A stretch of DNA of 64,000 bases from an uncultured Alphaproteobacteria bacterium (GCA_944390895.1 CALXRQ010000004.1:8069-72068); one strand, 5' to 3'; positions 19,578-30,277 are shown, counted from the stretch's first letter. Notes: generated from the letters alone by a model not told the origin. Program-made: numbers and translations.

Positions 19578-20651
19578 TTATCCTATTTTTACTTTTTCTT
19601 CCACAAGACGAACCAGTTCGTCGACAATATTTTCGTTTTTAACCTTATGATCGGGCCGGCCGCCGACATAAATCATATTTTCATCGCCCTTACCGCCGCA
19701 AACGCCGAAATCCGTATGTCCGGCTTCTCCGGGACCGTTGACCACACAGCCCATAACCGCCAGCGACAACGGCCGGGAAATATGCGCCAGACGCTCTTCC
19801 AGCGCCTTGATGGTTTTCTCAACGTCATAACCGCGACGGGCGCAGGTCGGGCAGGAAATAATCCGAACACCGCGGTGCCGCAGATCCAAAGCTTTCAAAA
19901 TTTCGTAACCGGCTTTGACTTCCTCTGCCACATCGGCCGTTAAAGAAACGCGCAAGGTGTCTCCGATGCCGTTCATCAGAAGAGAACCGATGCCGATGGC
20001 TGATTTTACGGTTCCGCTGCGCAGGCCGCCCGCCTCGGTAACGCCCAAATGCAACGGATAATCACAGGCAGCCGCAAGTTTCTTATAAGCATCTATCATC
20101 ATCAGCGTATTTGACGATTTGACGCTGATTTTGAATTCAAAAAAATCATTGTCTTCAAGCATTTTGGCCTGTTCCAGCGCACTTTCCACCAAAGCGTCGG
20201 CACAGGGTTCGCCATATTTTTCCAACAGTTTTTTATCAAGCGAGCCGCCGTTGACGCCGATACGGACGGAGCAGCCGTAATCTTTGGCGGCTTGAACAAC
20301 GGCCTTGACCCGATCCTGTCCGCCGATGTTGCCGGGATTGATACGCAGGCAGGCGGCGCCGTTTTCCGCCGCCAGAATGCCCAGACGATAGTCAAAATGG
20401 ATATCGGCGACCACGGGTATTGAAACTTCCCGGGTGATGATTTTCAGCGCTTTGGCCGAATCTTCATCGGGACAGGAGCAGCGCGTTATATCGCAGCCGA
20501 CGGCTTCCTGCCGCCGGATTTGTTCGATGGTGGCTTTGGCATCCGCTGTCGGCGTATTGGTCATCGACTGAACGCTGATCGGCGCGTCTCCGCCGACGGC
20601 AACCGGTCCGACCATAATTTTGCGGCTGTGGCGTCTTATAATTTTTTCCAT
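19578..20651 (-). CDS. ispG: 4-hydroxy-3-methylbut-2-en-1-yl diphosphate synthase
   Basis: 357 aa; GcpE family hallmarks ([17 protein letters not shown]). Confidence 0.9.
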   Translation of the reverse strand: MEKIIRRHSRKIMVGPVAVGGDAPISVQSMTNTPTADAKATIEQIRRQEAVGCDITRCSCPDEDSAKALKIITREVSIPVVADIHFDYRLGILAAENGAACLRINPGNIGGQDRVKAVVQAAKDYGCSVRIGVNGGSLDKKLLEKYGEPCADALVESALEQAKMLEDNDFFEFKISVKSSNTLMMIDAYKKLAAACDYPLHLGVTEAGGLRSGTVKSAIGIGSLLMNGIGDTLRVSLTADVAEEVKAGYEILKALDLRHRGVRIISCPTCARRGYDVEKTIKALEERLAHISRPLSLAVMGCVVNGPGEAGHTDFGVCGGKGDENMIYVGGRPDHKVKNENIVDELVRLVEEKVKIG

Positions 20652-20676
20652 TTTTTTAATCCTTATATAACAAAAG

Positions 20677-20704
20677 AAAATAGCAGAGTTGAACTGCTAT
20701 TTTC
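20677..20704 (-). terminator. possible intrinsic terminator between rodZ and ispG
   Basis: ATAGCAG/CTGCTAT stem followed by a T-rich tract on the minus strand. Confidence 0.35.
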
Positions 20705-20722
20705 TTGTTAATCCGCATACGG

Positions 20723-21787
20723 CTAATGATTAGCCTGAGCCAAAATTTCATCAACCGAAAGATTCATTTTCCGGTTGGGTGCAATGGTGTAGATAATCTG
20801 ACCGTTATAGGTCACGTCGACACCGTCCGCCTTGCCAACGGAAAGCTTAAGGTTTTCCGCACGCGGAACAGTATAAGACTCTCCAGGCATCAATACCTTG
20901 CTCAGATACAGCTTTTCGTCGTTTTTGACCTCAATCCAGGTATCTTTTTTAACCTTAATGACCAGCCCTTTCTCTTCTCTGGCCGGCTTTACTTCTGCCG
21001 TCTGCTCTTCCGCAGCGGACGGAACCGCTTCCGTTTTCACTTCGGCTTTAGCCGGCGTTTCTACTTTGACTTCCGGCTTGGCCGGTTCGGCAACAAAACT
21101 TGTTTCCTTGACGATAATCTGCGGATTGTTCTCTTCTGCGTCGGTCGCATCAATCACCGGCAGTTCCTCTTCGACAGAAACGGCTTCGTTGGTTGAAAAG
21201 TCTTCCACTTTCAGCGGATAGTCAGCTGCGCTTTCACCGCTGCTTTCGCTTTCCCGAGCCATCGTTTCTTCAATGACCTCTTCATCAACCGTTTCGTTGC
21301 TCATACGGTTATACATCGACCAGGCAAAATAAACGGCAAAAACGGCTATCAGGCTGATCATCAGATATTTTTTGCCGGGAACAGTCGCCTCAACCTGCGG
21401 TTCCATGACAAAATACGGATTGTTCTTGCGCAGATTGGCTTCCGCTTCTTCCTTATACATCTGAACAATGTTAACGCCGTCCAGTCCCAAATAGTCAGCA
21501 TAAGAACGAATGAAGCCGATACCGTAGGGATATTCGGGAATCTTGTCATAGTCGCTGTCTTCAATTGCGCTCAGGTAAACCTTGCGAATGCAGAGTTCCT
21601 GAGAAATTTCGGCAACGCTCTTGCCCTGTTTCTGACGAACCTCTTTCAGAAGCAGACCGACTTTTCCCTCTTTGTCGTCCGCCTTGTTTTCAGGAGCCGA
21701 AACCGGAACTTGTTCTTCGGCCGCGGCAGCGGACGGATTTTCGGCAATTTCTTCCTGAGCTTTGGAATTCTTAGTTTCTTTTTTCAC
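20723..21787 (-). CDS. rodZ: RodZ-like cytoskeleton protein (HTH + TM + C-terminal domain)
   Basis: XRE-type HTH (LLLKEVRQKQGKSVAEISQELCIRKVYLSAIE), a single TM helix and a Pro/Glu/Ala-rich linker. The rodZ-ispG-hisS order matches the E. coli arrangement. Confidence 0.7.
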   Translation of the reverse strand: MKKETKNSKAQEEIAENPSAAAAEEQVPVSAPENKADDKEGKVGLLLKEVRQKQGKSVAEISQELCIRKVYLSAIEDSDYDKIPEYPYGIGFIRSYADYLGLDGVNIVQMYKEEAEANLRKNNPYFVMEPQVEATVPGKKYLMISLIAVFAVYFAWSMYNRMSNETVDEEVIEETMARESESSGESAADYPLKVEDFSTNEAVSVEEELPVIDATDAEENNPQIIVKETSFVAEPAKPEVKVETPAKAEVKTEAVPSAAEEQTAEVKPAREEKGLVIKVKKDTWIEVKNDEKLYLSKVLMPGESYTVPRAENLKLSVGKADGVDVTYNGQIIYTIAPNRKMNLSVDEILAQANH

Positions 21788-21835
21788 AGTTACTTCCTTT
21801 TAATATTAAAATTTTTTGTAATTGTTGCACAGTTT

Positions 21836-24100
21836 TTAATAGATTTCAATACCATGGTCATAGGCATAGGATATTAATTGCGGGCGCAGAGTTCTTTTTT
21901 GAGACTTCAGCAGCGTATGAACATAGTCTTCGACATCTTCGGCGTTCATGGTTCTGACCATGCTTTTCACACGGCCGAAAGAAGAACCCGACATTGAGAG
22001 GTTGCGGTATCCCAGGCCAATTAACGCCAAAGCCTCAATCGGATTGGAAGCCATTTCACCGCAGACCGAACAATAAACCCCGGCGGCATTGGCCTTGCTT
22101 ACAATTTCACCCATCATGGACAGAAAAGGCGCCGACAGAACGTCATAACGTTCGGTCAAACGCGGATTGCCGCGGTCGCAGGCAAAGATAAACTGCGCCA
22201 GATCGTTGGTACCGATAGAAATGAAATCGGCCTGCTTCAAAATGGCATCAAGCTGAAAAATTACCGAGGGCACCTCAATCATAAGCCCGACATTGACTTT
22301 GGAAGGCACATTTTCTCCGCGGCGTTTTTCGCGCTCCAGCTCAATCAACAGCGTTTCTCTGGCTTCTTCAAATTCGGAAAGGTTGGCAACCATCGGAAAC
22401 ATGACGTTCAATTCTTTGCCGGCAGCCGCACGCAGGAAAGCCCGCACCTGTTTGCGCAGGATGGCGCGGCGGTCAAGCGTTATGCGAATCGAACGCCAGC
22501 CGATAGCGGGATTTTCTTCGCCGACATTTCCCCAATAAGGCAGCAGCTTGTCGGAACCGACATCCAGGCTGCGGAAAATGACTTTCTTATCGCCGGCCTT
22601 GTCCATCAGTTCCTTATAATAGCCCATCTGACGTTCGACATCGGGCATAACATCCGAAGCCATAAACGGAATCTCGGTGCGATACAGACCGATGCCGTCG
22701 CAGTTGGTGGTTTCAATATAATCCAAATCAAAAGCCAGTCCGACATTGAGATAAAGGTTGATCTTTACGCCGTCCTTAGTCTGCGCGGGAAGTTCCTTCA
22801 GTTCGGCCAGTCTGGCCTGCAAGCGGTCTTTTTCAGCAATTTTGGCTCTAAACTTTTCCTGAACGACGGCAGAAGGGCGCATATAGACATAGCCGTCGGT
22901 ACCGTCAACAGCAATCAGCTCTCCGGTTTTGGCCTCTTCGAAGATACCGCGGATTTTGGCAACGACCGGAATGTTCAGCGCTTTGGCAACGATGGCAACG
23001 TGCATGGTCGGCGTGCCGTCTTCAATAATCAGACCGCGAATTTTGGAATAGTCATAATCCATCAGGTCGGCCGGCCCCATTGTCTGAGCCACGACAATCA
23101 GATCATCGGCATTAACCCCCTTGATGGAACCGTAATCTCCGCTCAAGTAAGACTGCAGGCGGTCGGCAACGTCCCGCAGGTCATGCAGACGTTCTTTAAG
23201 GTAGCTGTCGGAGGTGCCGGACAGGCGGTTCCACATATCCTCGTAAGCGCGCTCGACCGCCGCTTCGGCCGTCAGACCGCTGTGAATGTTGTCGGCAATT
23301 TTTTTATACCAGCCCTTGTCGCGGGCAAACATCCGATAGGCATCCAAAATTTCGACATGCTCGCCGATACCGAGTTTGGTCGAGGCAAATTTTTCATCCA
23401 AATCGGCATTCATCTGGCCGTAAGCCAGTTCCAGACGGTGCAGTTCCTTTTCCTTGTCTTCGGCAAAAATTTTGGTAACAGCCTGACGGCGGCGGTGAAC
23501 AATACAAGTGCCCAAACCGTAGCCTTTGCTGAGACTGATGCCTTTCAGCTTTTCCCGCTCGTTGAGATTATTTCCCTTGGAAAGCCCCTTTTTGAGCTCG
23601 GCCATTTCATCTGACGAAACGATCTCACTCAAAACCATGGCCACGGTTTCCAGAATCTCAACATCCAGAGAAGAAAACTCGCGGATTTCGCGGGTTTGAA
23701 CCGACAACACGCCGATTGAGCGGCTCCAGCGAATCAGCGGCACACCCAAAAAAGATTTATATTGTTCTTCGCCAAGCTCGGGCTTATGGGCAAACTTCGG
23801 ATGAGACCAGGCATCGGCAACATTCAGCGTGCGGTTGTTTTGCGCTACTTCTCCGGTCAACCCCTCGCCGAAACGGAACGAAACCCGATGCTGAGCTTCA
23901 GGATTGAGACCGTAAGCGGCAAACAGCTCCAGCCGGCTGCCATCTACCGCAATATAAAACGAAGCGGCGTCGGCGCTCATCTGTTCGGCAATCAATCTGA
24001 CAATATTTTCCAGTTTGACCGGAAGCGTATCCTGGCCTTCGGTTATTGTCCGCAGCTGCCGCAGAATGTCCATTGCCTTATTTATTGCCGGGGACTGCAT
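21836..24100 (-). CDS. ptsP: phosphoenolpyruvate-protein phosphotransferase, GAF-domain form (EI-Ntr)
   Basis: 754 aa; N-terminal GAF domain followed by Enzyme I domains (GGxTxHVAIVAKAL-like, GTNDLAQF). Confidence 0.85.
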   Translation of the reverse strand: MQSPAINKAMDILRQLRTITEGQDTLPVKLENIVRLIAEQMSADAASFYIAVDGSRLELFAAYGLNPEAQHRVSFRFGEGLTGEVAQNNRTLNVADAWSHPKFAHKPELGEEQYKSFLGVPLIRWSRSIGVLSVQTREIREFSSLDVEILETVAMVLSEIVSSDEMAELKKGLSKGNNLNEREKLKGISLSKGYGLGTCIVHRRRQAVTKIFAEDKEKELHRLELAYGQMNADLDEKFASTKLGIGEHVEILDAYRMFARDKGWYKKIADNIHSGLTAEAAVERAYEDMWNRLSGTSDSYLKERLHDLRDVADRLQSYLSGDYGSIKGVNADDLIVVAQTMGPADLMDYDYSKIRGLIIEDGTPTMHVAIVAKALNIPVVAKIRGIFEEAKTGELIAVDGTDGYVYMRPSAVVQEKFRAKIAEKDRLQARLAELKELPAQTKDGVKINLYLNVGLAFDLDYIETTNCDGIGLYRTEIPFMASDVMPDVERQMGYYKELMDKAGDKKVIFRSLDVGSDKLLPYWGNVGEENPAIGWRSIRITLDRRAILRKQVRAFLRAAAGKELNVMFPMVANLSEFEEARETLLIELEREKRRGENVPSKVNVGLMIEVPSVIFQLDAILKQADFISIGTNDLAQFIFACDRGNPRLTERYDVLSAPFLSMMGEIVSKANAAGVYCSVCGEMASNPIEALALIGLGYRNLSMSGSSFGRVKSMVRTMNAEDVEDYVHTLLKSQKRTLRPQLISYAYDHGIEIY

Positions 24101-24194
24101 TAATTTCCCACCTTTGAAAATTTTTATTGTGCTTTTCTTTATATTATCTATATTGGCTTACATCAAGAACATTTTAGAAAAAAAGGATAAATAA

Positions 24195-24560
24195 ATGGCT
24201 AATAATTACAAAAGGGGCGACAAGGATACCCGCCCGTGGGGAACCTGGGAAGTTTTAGACGCGGGAGACGGTTTCTGCGTTAAGAGAATCTGCGTTACGC
24301 CGGGGAATATCCTGTCTTTGCAGCTGCATCACTTTCGTTCCGAACACTGGATTATCGTCAGGGGCGAAGCCGTGGTTACACTCGGCGAAGAAAAACTGAC
24401 CAAAAAAGCAAACGAATCCGTTTACATTCCGGCCGAAACCAAACACCGCATTCAGAACAACACGAACGAGAACATGGAGTTCATCGAAATTCAGACCGGC
24501 GAAAACCTGGATGAAAACGACATCGTGCGGCTGGAAGACAGCTACGGACGCGTCAAATAA
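24195..24560 (+). CDS. cupin-domain protein (type II phosphomannose isomerase C-terminal-like)
   Basis: RPWGTWEVL ... LSLQLHHFRSEHWIIVRGEA ... IPAETKHRIQN matches the ManC C-terminal cupin pattern. Confidence 0.7.
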   Translation: MANNYKRGDKDTRPWGTWEVLDAGDGFCVKRICVTPGNILSLQLHHFRSEHWIIVRGEAVVTLGEEKLTKKANESVYIPAETKHRIQNNTNENMEFIEIQTGENLDENDIVRLEDSYGRVK

Positions 24561-24578
24561 AAAAACAAGACATAAAAA

Positions 24579-24612
24579 ATCCCCTTCCGCAACCGGCGGC
24601 AGGGGATTTTTT
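24579..24612 (+). terminator. intrinsic terminator after the cupin gene
   Basis: TCCCCT...AGGGGA stem with a T-run at 24607-24612. Confidence 0.6.
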
Positions 24613-24627
24613 ATAAGATCGAAAGGC

Positions 24628-24876
24628 CTAAATTCTGGCAACGAGCAAACTGTCAATCAATCGGCAGCGACAGGTAACATCAAGGCCGCGCCGGCGGAGA
24701 ATTACACTCTGCTCCCATTGTTCGCCCATTCCTTTTTGAATATTAACAAAATGTCTGATCTCGGGAATATCTTCAGCCGGGCAAAGGTCCAGAAGCGCGG
24801 ATATTTCACGTTCATTCACCGTGGAAGGCCGCCAGATCAAAGCATCCAAACGGCTGATAAAATCTTTTCTTTCCAT
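24628..24876 (-). CDS. hypothetical small protein (weak call)
   Basis: 82-aa ORF from an internal ATG. No convincing RBS and no family recognised. Confidence 0.25.
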   Translation of the reverse strand: MERKDFISRLDALIWRPSTVNEREISALLDLCPAEDIPEIRHFVNIQKGMGEQWEQSVILRRRGLDVTCRCRLIDSLLVARI

Positions 24877-24957
24877 AATGATAACAAAATTAAAAAATAC
24901 ATAATCTCTTGTTTTGTACAAAAGATGTATCACCGCGGCGTTCATTTGTCCAGACAA

Positions 24958-24987
24958 ATAAAAAAGGCCGCCAAACGGCCTTTTTTA
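24958..24987. terminator. bidirectional intrinsic terminator
   Basis: GGCCG/CGGCC stem (24966-24980) with A- and T-runs; lies 3' of the isochorismatase-family gene. Confidence 0.6.
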
Positions 24988-24996
24988 CGACTGTTC

Positions 24997-25542
24997 TTAA
25001 CTGCGCCTGCTCCACACTTCCCGAAACTCGGGCGAGCGGGAGTTTTCAAGCCATTCGAAAATTGCCATTTCAACCGTGGCAACATCAACATTATTGCGCA
25101 GCAGACGCTGAATTCCCAGCGCACTCTGCATCCCGTTGCGGGAAGAACAGGCATCGGCGACAACAAAAACCTCATAACCGGCCCGGTGCAAGTCAAGCGC
25201 AGTCTGCAAAACACAAAGATGCGTTTCCAAACCGGCAATAACAATTTGCCTTTTACCGGAATTTTCTATGGTTTTACGTATCTCTTCATTTTTAAAACAA
25301 GAAAAGGTGTCTTTTTCCAAATATTGCATTTCATCGCCGAGAATGATGCGCAGGTCTATCATGGTCGGACCGAAGCTGGCGTGATTTTGTTCGGCAACAA
25401 TATAAGGAATGTTTAGTTTTTTGGCTATATCAAGAAGGGCGGCACAACCGTTAATCACGTCTCGCGGACTTTCCTGAGCAGGCGCCAAATGTTCCTGGAC
25501 ATCAATGATCAGCAATAAGGAATCGTTTTTGTTCATCAACAT
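24997..25542 (-). CDS. isochorismatase-family hydrolase
   Basis: LLLIIDVQEHL, K in EKDTFSCF and VVADACSS fit the D-K-C triad layout. AAGGAG lies 7 nt upstream of ATG 25542; the ORF-track start at 25713 is implausible. Confidence 0.75.
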   Translation of the reverse strand: MLMNKNDSLLLIIDVQEHLAPAQESPRDVINGCAALLDIAKKLNIPYIVAEQNHASFGPTMIDLRIILGDEMQYLEKDTFSCFKNEEIRKTIENSGKRQIVIAGLETHLCVLQTALDLHRAGYEVFVVADACSSRNGMQSALGIQRLLRNNVDVATVEMAIFEWLENSRSPEFREVWSRRS

Positions 25543-25637
25543 TTCGCTACTCCTTAAAAATACGTTATTGACTATCGCTGTAAAATAAATGATACTCCAT
25601 TTAATATTAATAAACCAGAAAAAACAGAAGAAATAAG

Positions 25638-26498
25638 ATGAATTTTTTAGATTTAGGATTAAGCGAAAAAACAATTCAGGCGATTGAGGAGTTCGGCATC
25701 TCCGAACCGACAACCGTACAAAACGACGTTATTCCCTCCATTCTGCAGGGCCGCGACGTGTTTACCATTGCTCCGCAGGGATGCGGCAAGACCATGTCTT
25801 ACGTTTTTCCGCTGGTGGACATTATCAGCAACAAGGCCGGACAAAATATTTTAATCATTACCCCGGCTTCGGAGCAGTCGGTTCAGGTTTCCGACCGTCT
25901 GTCGATTTTTAACAAGTATCACGAAATCAACGAAGCGACCGTCAAAGACAAAGACGAAGACATTGACATGGAAGCCAACGTTGTCATCGGTTCGCCTGAC
26001 CTGCTGGTCGATTTGGTGGAAAACAGCAAGTTCGACTTTTCCAAAACCAATATTCTGGTGGTTGACGACATAAATTTAATCAAGAAAAACAAACAATTGG
26101 AAAATCTTGAGAAAATACTGGCCATTTTGCCGGCCGACAAACAAAACGTCGTTTATACCAACCGCCGCTCAAAAGAAACGCAGTCGGTTCTGGAAAAGAT
26201 TCTGAAAGCGCCGGAAGAAATCAAGGTCGACAAAACTAAAGAACAGGAAGCAGCCAAAGCCGTACAACAGCTTCCGGCCGCAAAACCGCAGAGCGGCAGA
26301 AACCAAAATGCCAGAACACGCGGCACCCGCAGCAGCCAAACGCCGCAGCGGGACAAAGAAGCCGTCGAACTGGCCAAGAAATTCAATTCGTTTAACGGAC
26401 ACGCGCCGGAATTTATTTTAAACAAAGGTATTCTGGCCGAGGACAGCGGTTCTACCGCCTGCAATATCGATAACGACAAGATATCCGCCGCTTATTAA
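25638..26498 (+). CDS. degenerate, half-length DEAD-box-helicase-like protein
   Basis: Q-motif-like FGISEPTTVQ; Walker A variant APQGCGKT; VVDD in place of DEAD. No RecA2 domain; basic Arg/Gln-rich tail. Confidence 0.6.
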   Translation: MNFLDLGLSEKTIQAIEEFGISEPTTVQNDVIPSILQGRDVFTIAPQGCGKTMSYVFPLVDIISNKAGQNILIITPASEQSVQVSDRLSIFNKYHEINEATVKDKDEDIDMEANVVIGSPDLLVDLVENSKFDFSKTNILVVDDINLIKKNKQLENLEKILAILPADKQNVVYTNRRSKETQSVLEKILKAPEEIKVDKTKEQEAAKAVQQLPAAKPQSGRNQNARTRGTRSSQTPQRDKEAVELAKKFNSFNGHAPEFILNKGILAEDSGSTACNIDNDKISAAY

Positions 26499-26524
26499 AA
26501 AACGGCCGAGATTTCAGTTCTCAA

Positions 26525-26555
26525 TAAAAAATCCCCGAAAACGGGGATTTTTTAT
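26525..26555. terminator. bidirectional intrinsic terminator
   Basis: ATCCCC/GGGGAT stem (26531-26548) with A- and T-runs between convergent genes. Confidence 0.65.
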
Positions 26556-26567
26556 TGTCGGACAAAC

Positions 26568-26720
26568 TCACCAGGGTATGCCGTGAACGCATCTGGAAGG
26601 ATCTCGTTCGCAAATATCATTGCCCATATTATAGAGTTTTTCGCGCTTGGGCTCTAACTTACCGACTTCACAGGCGGCCAGCAACAGCAGAAGCATTAAC
26701 ACAACGGTTTTTTTCATCAT
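26568..26720 (-). CDS. small lipoprotein (50 aa; absent from the ORF track)
   Basis: My translation: MMKKTVVLMLLLLLAACEVGKLEPKREKLYNMGNDICERDPSRCVHGIPW. Lipobox LLAAC; AGGA upstream; a terminator lies immediately 3'. Confidence 0.55.
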   Translation of the reverse strand: MMKKTVVLMLLLLLAACEVGKLEPKREKLYNMGNDICERDPSRCVHGIPW

Positions 26721-26726
26721 CTTTTC

Positions 26727-27095
26727 CTAAAAAACAGAAATCATACTGACGGCAACCAAGACGAACATCAGAATGCGGGTCAGCTGCTTCAACAAATTGC
26801 TGCGTTCAAAAGAGGCGGAGCTTCTCCAGGTTCCGAGCATTACCGCAATGCAGTAATACAGAAAAAAGACCGTGGTCGAAACATAACACAGCGTCCACAA
26901 AATTGCCAGAATATCGGGTTTAACCGGATTGAAGTAATGAAAGAAATAGTCAACAATGCGGCGGTTGGCAATCTGGCGGTCCAGCAGTATCTCAAACAGT
27001 TTGGAAACAAAACGGAAGAAAATCACTCCCAAGATGCCGAATTTCCAAAAAGTCTCGCTGAGACTGAATTCTCCATCAAGAAGTTTTTTTAACAT
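26727..27095 (-). CDS. hypothetical membrane protein
   Basis: 122 aa with 3-4 predicted TM helices; GAGGA RBS upstream of the ATG. Confidence 0.5.
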   Translation of the reverse strand: MLKKLLDGEFSLSETFWKFGILGVIFFRFVSKLFEILLDRQIANRRIVDYFFHYFNPVKPDILAILWTLCYVSTTVFFLYYCIAVMLGTWRSSASFERSNLLKQLTRILMFVLVAVSMISVF

Positions 27096-27181
27096 TAGCT
27101 TTCCTCTTGTTGTTATGACATAAACAGATACTGCGGCATTTTAGGCCGCAGCGCAAGAAAAAAATAGCGGTTATGCCATAA

Positions 27182-28564
27182 TCAGCAGTTGGCGACGTTA
27201 ACGGCCAGACCGCCCAAAGAGGTTTCTTTATATTTGTTGTTCATATCGCGGCCGGTGTCAAACATGGTCTTAATCACGCTGTCCAGCGACACAATATGCT
27301 CTCCGTTGCCTTTCATGGCAATGCGCGCCGAATTGACGGCCTTGACCGCGCCCATGGCATTGCGCTCGATACAGGGAACCTGAACCAGGCCGGCCAGAGG
27401 ATCGCAAGTCAGTCCCAGGTTATGCTCCATGGCAATTTCGGCGGCATTTTCAATTTGTTTTAAATTTCCGCCCATGGCGGCGGCCAATCCGGCAGCAGCC
27501 ATTGAACAGGCCACGCCGACCTCGCCCTGACAACCGACCTCGGCGCCGGAAATGGAAGCGTTGGTACGGTAAAGGCTGCAGATGGCCGACGCAGTGAGCA
27601 AAAACTTCAGAATTCCGTCTTCAATGCCATTGCAGGATTTATGAACGGCAAAACGCTCAAAGTAGCGCAAAACGGAAGGAATCACGCCGGCCGAACCCAT
27701 GGTCGGCGCAGTGACAATCTGGCCGCCGGAAGCGTTTTCTTCGGCAACGGCGAATCCCCACAAGTTAATCCAGTCTATCATCAGCAGCGGATCGTAATCG
27801 TTATTGCGGAATTTTTCCTCCAAACGCTGATAAATTTCATTGGCGCGGCGGCGGATATTCAGTCCGCCCGGCAAAATGCCGCGCGCATTCATGCCGCGGT
27901 CAACGGAATTTTGCATAATACGATGGATTTTCATAATGCCGCTCATAACGTCTTCCTTACCGCGAAGCGCGCATTCGTTGGCCATGACCAAATCGGCAAT
28001 GCTCATTTTTTCCTGCTCGCAGAGTGCAATCAACTGGTCACAGGTATCAAAATTATACGGCACATTGTATGGTTCGCGCTCAATACGTTTGGCAATTTCG
28101 TCCCGGCGGGCAATGGTTCCGCCGCCGACCGAAAAATAGGTTTCTTCAAACAAAAGGCCGCCCGCCTCGTCGTAAGCCTTAAAGGTCATCCCGTTGGAGT
28201 GTTCGGGCAAAAACGTTTCCTTTTCAAAAACGATGTCCTTATCCAAGTCAAAGGCAATGACTTTTTCATGATCGGCCTGCAGAATCTTGTCGCGCTCAAT
28301 AGCCAGCATATAGGCCTTTTCGGGATCAATTTCCTCGGCCTCCAGTCCCATAAGCCCATAGGCTATGGCCTTTACGGTGCCATGACCGACGCCGGTCAGC
28401 GCCAAAGAACCGTAAAGCGTGGTTTCGACCCGTGCCAGCCGGTCAAAAAAACCGGCTTTTTTCAGGTTTTTGATATATCTTTTAGCGGCGCGCATCGGTC
28501 CGACCGTATGCGAACTTGACGGTCCGATACCGATTGAAAAAATCTCGAAAAAACTGTAGTACAT
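27182..28564 (-). CDS. sdaA: L-serine ammonia-lyase, single-chain Fe-S type
   Basis: 460 aa; N-terminal [19 protein letters not shown] and the conserved C-terminal alpha domain. Confidence 0.9.
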   Translation of the reverse strand: MYYSFFEIFSIGIGPSSSHTVGPMRAAKRYIKNLKKAGFFDRLARVETTLYGSLALTGVGHGTVKAIAYGLMGLEAEEIDPEKAYMLAIERDKILQADHEKVIAFDLDKDIVFEKETFLPEHSNGMTFKAYDEAGGLLFEETYFSVGGGTIARRDEIAKRIEREPYNVPYNFDTCDQLIALCEQEKMSIADLVMANECALRGKEDVMSGIMKIHRIMQNSVDRGMNARGILPGGLNIRRRANEIYQRLEEKFRNNDYDPLLMIDWINLWGFAVAEENASGGQIVTAPTMGSAGVIPSVLRYFERFAVHKSCNGIEDGILKFLLTASAICSLYRTNASISGAEVGCQGEVGVACSMAAAGLAAAMGGNLKQIENAAEIAMEHNLGLTCDPLAGLVQVPCIERNAMGAVKAVNSARIAMKGNGEHIVSLDSVIKTMFDTGRDMNNKYKETSLGGLAVNVANC

Positions 28565-30277
28565 TTAGAAGTAAGTCCTTATCTCAATATATGGTTTGAT
28601 GCCGATTTTGCGCAGCGTTTCGGCAATATACCGGTGAATATCGCCCCAAGTTGAATATTTATCAATAAAAGATTTTGCTTTTTCAGGAGATTTTGACAAC
28701 TGGACGGCAATTGTTTCCTCCAAAATCCGGTTCATAACCTCCGGCATTTTATTAAAATCTATCTCCAGCTTGCTGTCGGCGTTAAAACGGATAGCACCGT
28801 GTTCAAGCAGGTAGTTGAAATGAATCAGATCGCCGACGCGATGCGGTTGAATCAGCTGCGGTCTGGCTTTGAGAAACATTCGGACAATCCAGGTGGTGTA
28901 AACCTCTTTCAAGGTTTTTTCATCAATGATTCCGGCTTTGACATATTCCGGCATCATGGCAACGGAAACGACATCGGCCTTATTTTCTTCAATGGTGTGT
29001 TTATATAGACCCAACGAATTTTTAAAACTGCTGTCCGGTCCCAGAGAATGACCGTTTTCGTGCCCGATGACAAAAATGTGGTCGGCCTCGGGATTGTAAT
29101 ATCGGTGAAGTTCGGGCGCAACCAATGCATTGAGTTTTTTCTTTACCGCGTCCATATCCTGACTCATGCGAACCTGGCGATGATAGACGTTTCGGCGGCC
29201 GCCGCCGGTTTTGATGGAAAGCTTGTCGTCGTTCGGCAGGTTTTGGGCTGTGGTTATAGCGCCGCGGCACTGGGCATAATCGCCGGTCAGGGCAACCAAA
29301 TCGACATCAACCATTGTCTGTTTCAGTTCATCGCCGCCGGCAACGTTTTGCGCATAGCGGTCGGCATAGGGCATCAGCCGGGCCAGATGTTTCATCTGAT
29401 CCTTAAAGGTCAGAAGCAGATCCGTGCCTTTTTTATTGACAATGCCGACGCGAATGCCCAGCATATCTTTGGAATTGACCTCTATCCCCAGATTATCCAG
29501 CATTGATTTCAATTCAGGATTTTCGCAAATCGTCGGCGTCATTTCATCATCGTAGTTTTCACGGCCGATAGTAAATTCAAGCGGAGAATCCTGCAAGACC
29601 GCCCAATGCTTGTCGGCCAGCATATCCATATCCTCATTGTTCTGAATCAGAGCCTGGGCCTGCCAGCCGAGATAATCCTTAAAGGCTTCGTCCGCCGTGT
29701 AATGCGCGGCAACTTCCAACTCATTGGCAACGGCAGAAAATTCTTTGGCAAAATATTCGGTATAGTCGACGGCTTTCAACTCATCGTTAAAACGCCGAAC
29801 CATGGTGCGGGCACTGAGGATTTTCCTCACTTCTTCAACCTTACCGGTTTCCAGCATCTTTTTGATGATTTTATGAAATTCTTCAACGCTTAAATCCGCC
29901 GGATAGAAATTGCGACCCGGATAAATTTTAACGCCTTTAAAAATTTCGATCGGATCCGGATCCAGTCCGTTAAGGCCGGCAACGCCGTTAAAACTGTTGA
30001 ACAACCGCAAAGCCTTGGCCGCGTGAGAGCTGGTTCGCGCCGCCTCTTCCAGCCCTTTTTTCAAGCTCAGGTTCAGCGGATGATCCTGCTCCAAGGAAAC
30101 GTCATTCATTATGCGGGCCGCCTTAACCAGATGAGGCAAAACTTTCTTCTCCGTTTCAGGCAGTGACCGATAACCGGCAAAATCAGGCGAAATTAAATCA
30201 ATCTCCCGCAGCTTGTCATTCAGCATTTCATCCAATTGTTCTTCGCTTAAGTTCAGTTCATATCCGTTAATTTTCAT
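28565..30277 (-). CDS. putative zinc metallopeptidase (DPP III/M49-like)
   Basis: HENGH (HExxH) followed by EENKAD resembles the two M49 metal-binding motifs. The family call is tentative. Confidence 0.45.
   Translation of the reverse strand: MKINGYELNLSEEQLDEMLNDKLREIDLISPDFAGYRSLPETEKKVLPHLVKAARIMNDVSLEQDHPLNLSLKKGLEEAARTSSHAAKALRLFNSFNGVAGLNGLDPDPIEIFKGVKIYPGRNFYPADLSVEEFHKIIKKMLETGKVEEVRKILSARTMVRRFNDELKAVDYTEYFAKEFSAVANELEVAAHYTADEAFKDYLGWQAQALIQNNEDMDMLADKHWAVLQDSPLEFTIGRENYDDEMTPTICENPELKSMLDNLGIEVNSKDMLGIRVGIVNKKGTDLLLTFKDQMKHLARLMPYADRYAQNVAGGDELKQTMVDVDLVALTGDYAQCRGAITTAQNLPNDDKLSIKTGGGRRNVYHRQVRMSQDMDAVKKKLNALVAPELHRYYNPEADHIFVIGHENGHSLGPDSSFKNSLGLYKHTIEENKADVVSVAMMPEYVKAGIIDEKTLKEVYTTWIVRMFLKARPQLIQPHRVGDLIHFNYLLEHGAIRFNADSKLEIDFNKMPEVMNRILEETIAVQLSKSPEKAKSFIDKYSTWGDIHRYIAETLRKIGIKPYIEIRTYF

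Noticed and set aside
24511-25416. 301-aa plus-strand ORF spanning the cupin terminator and the isochorismatase region
   Set aside because: It runs through a strong terminator hairpin and antisense to the isochorismatase-family gene, which has a clear D-K-C layout and a good SD. It has no family signal of its own.
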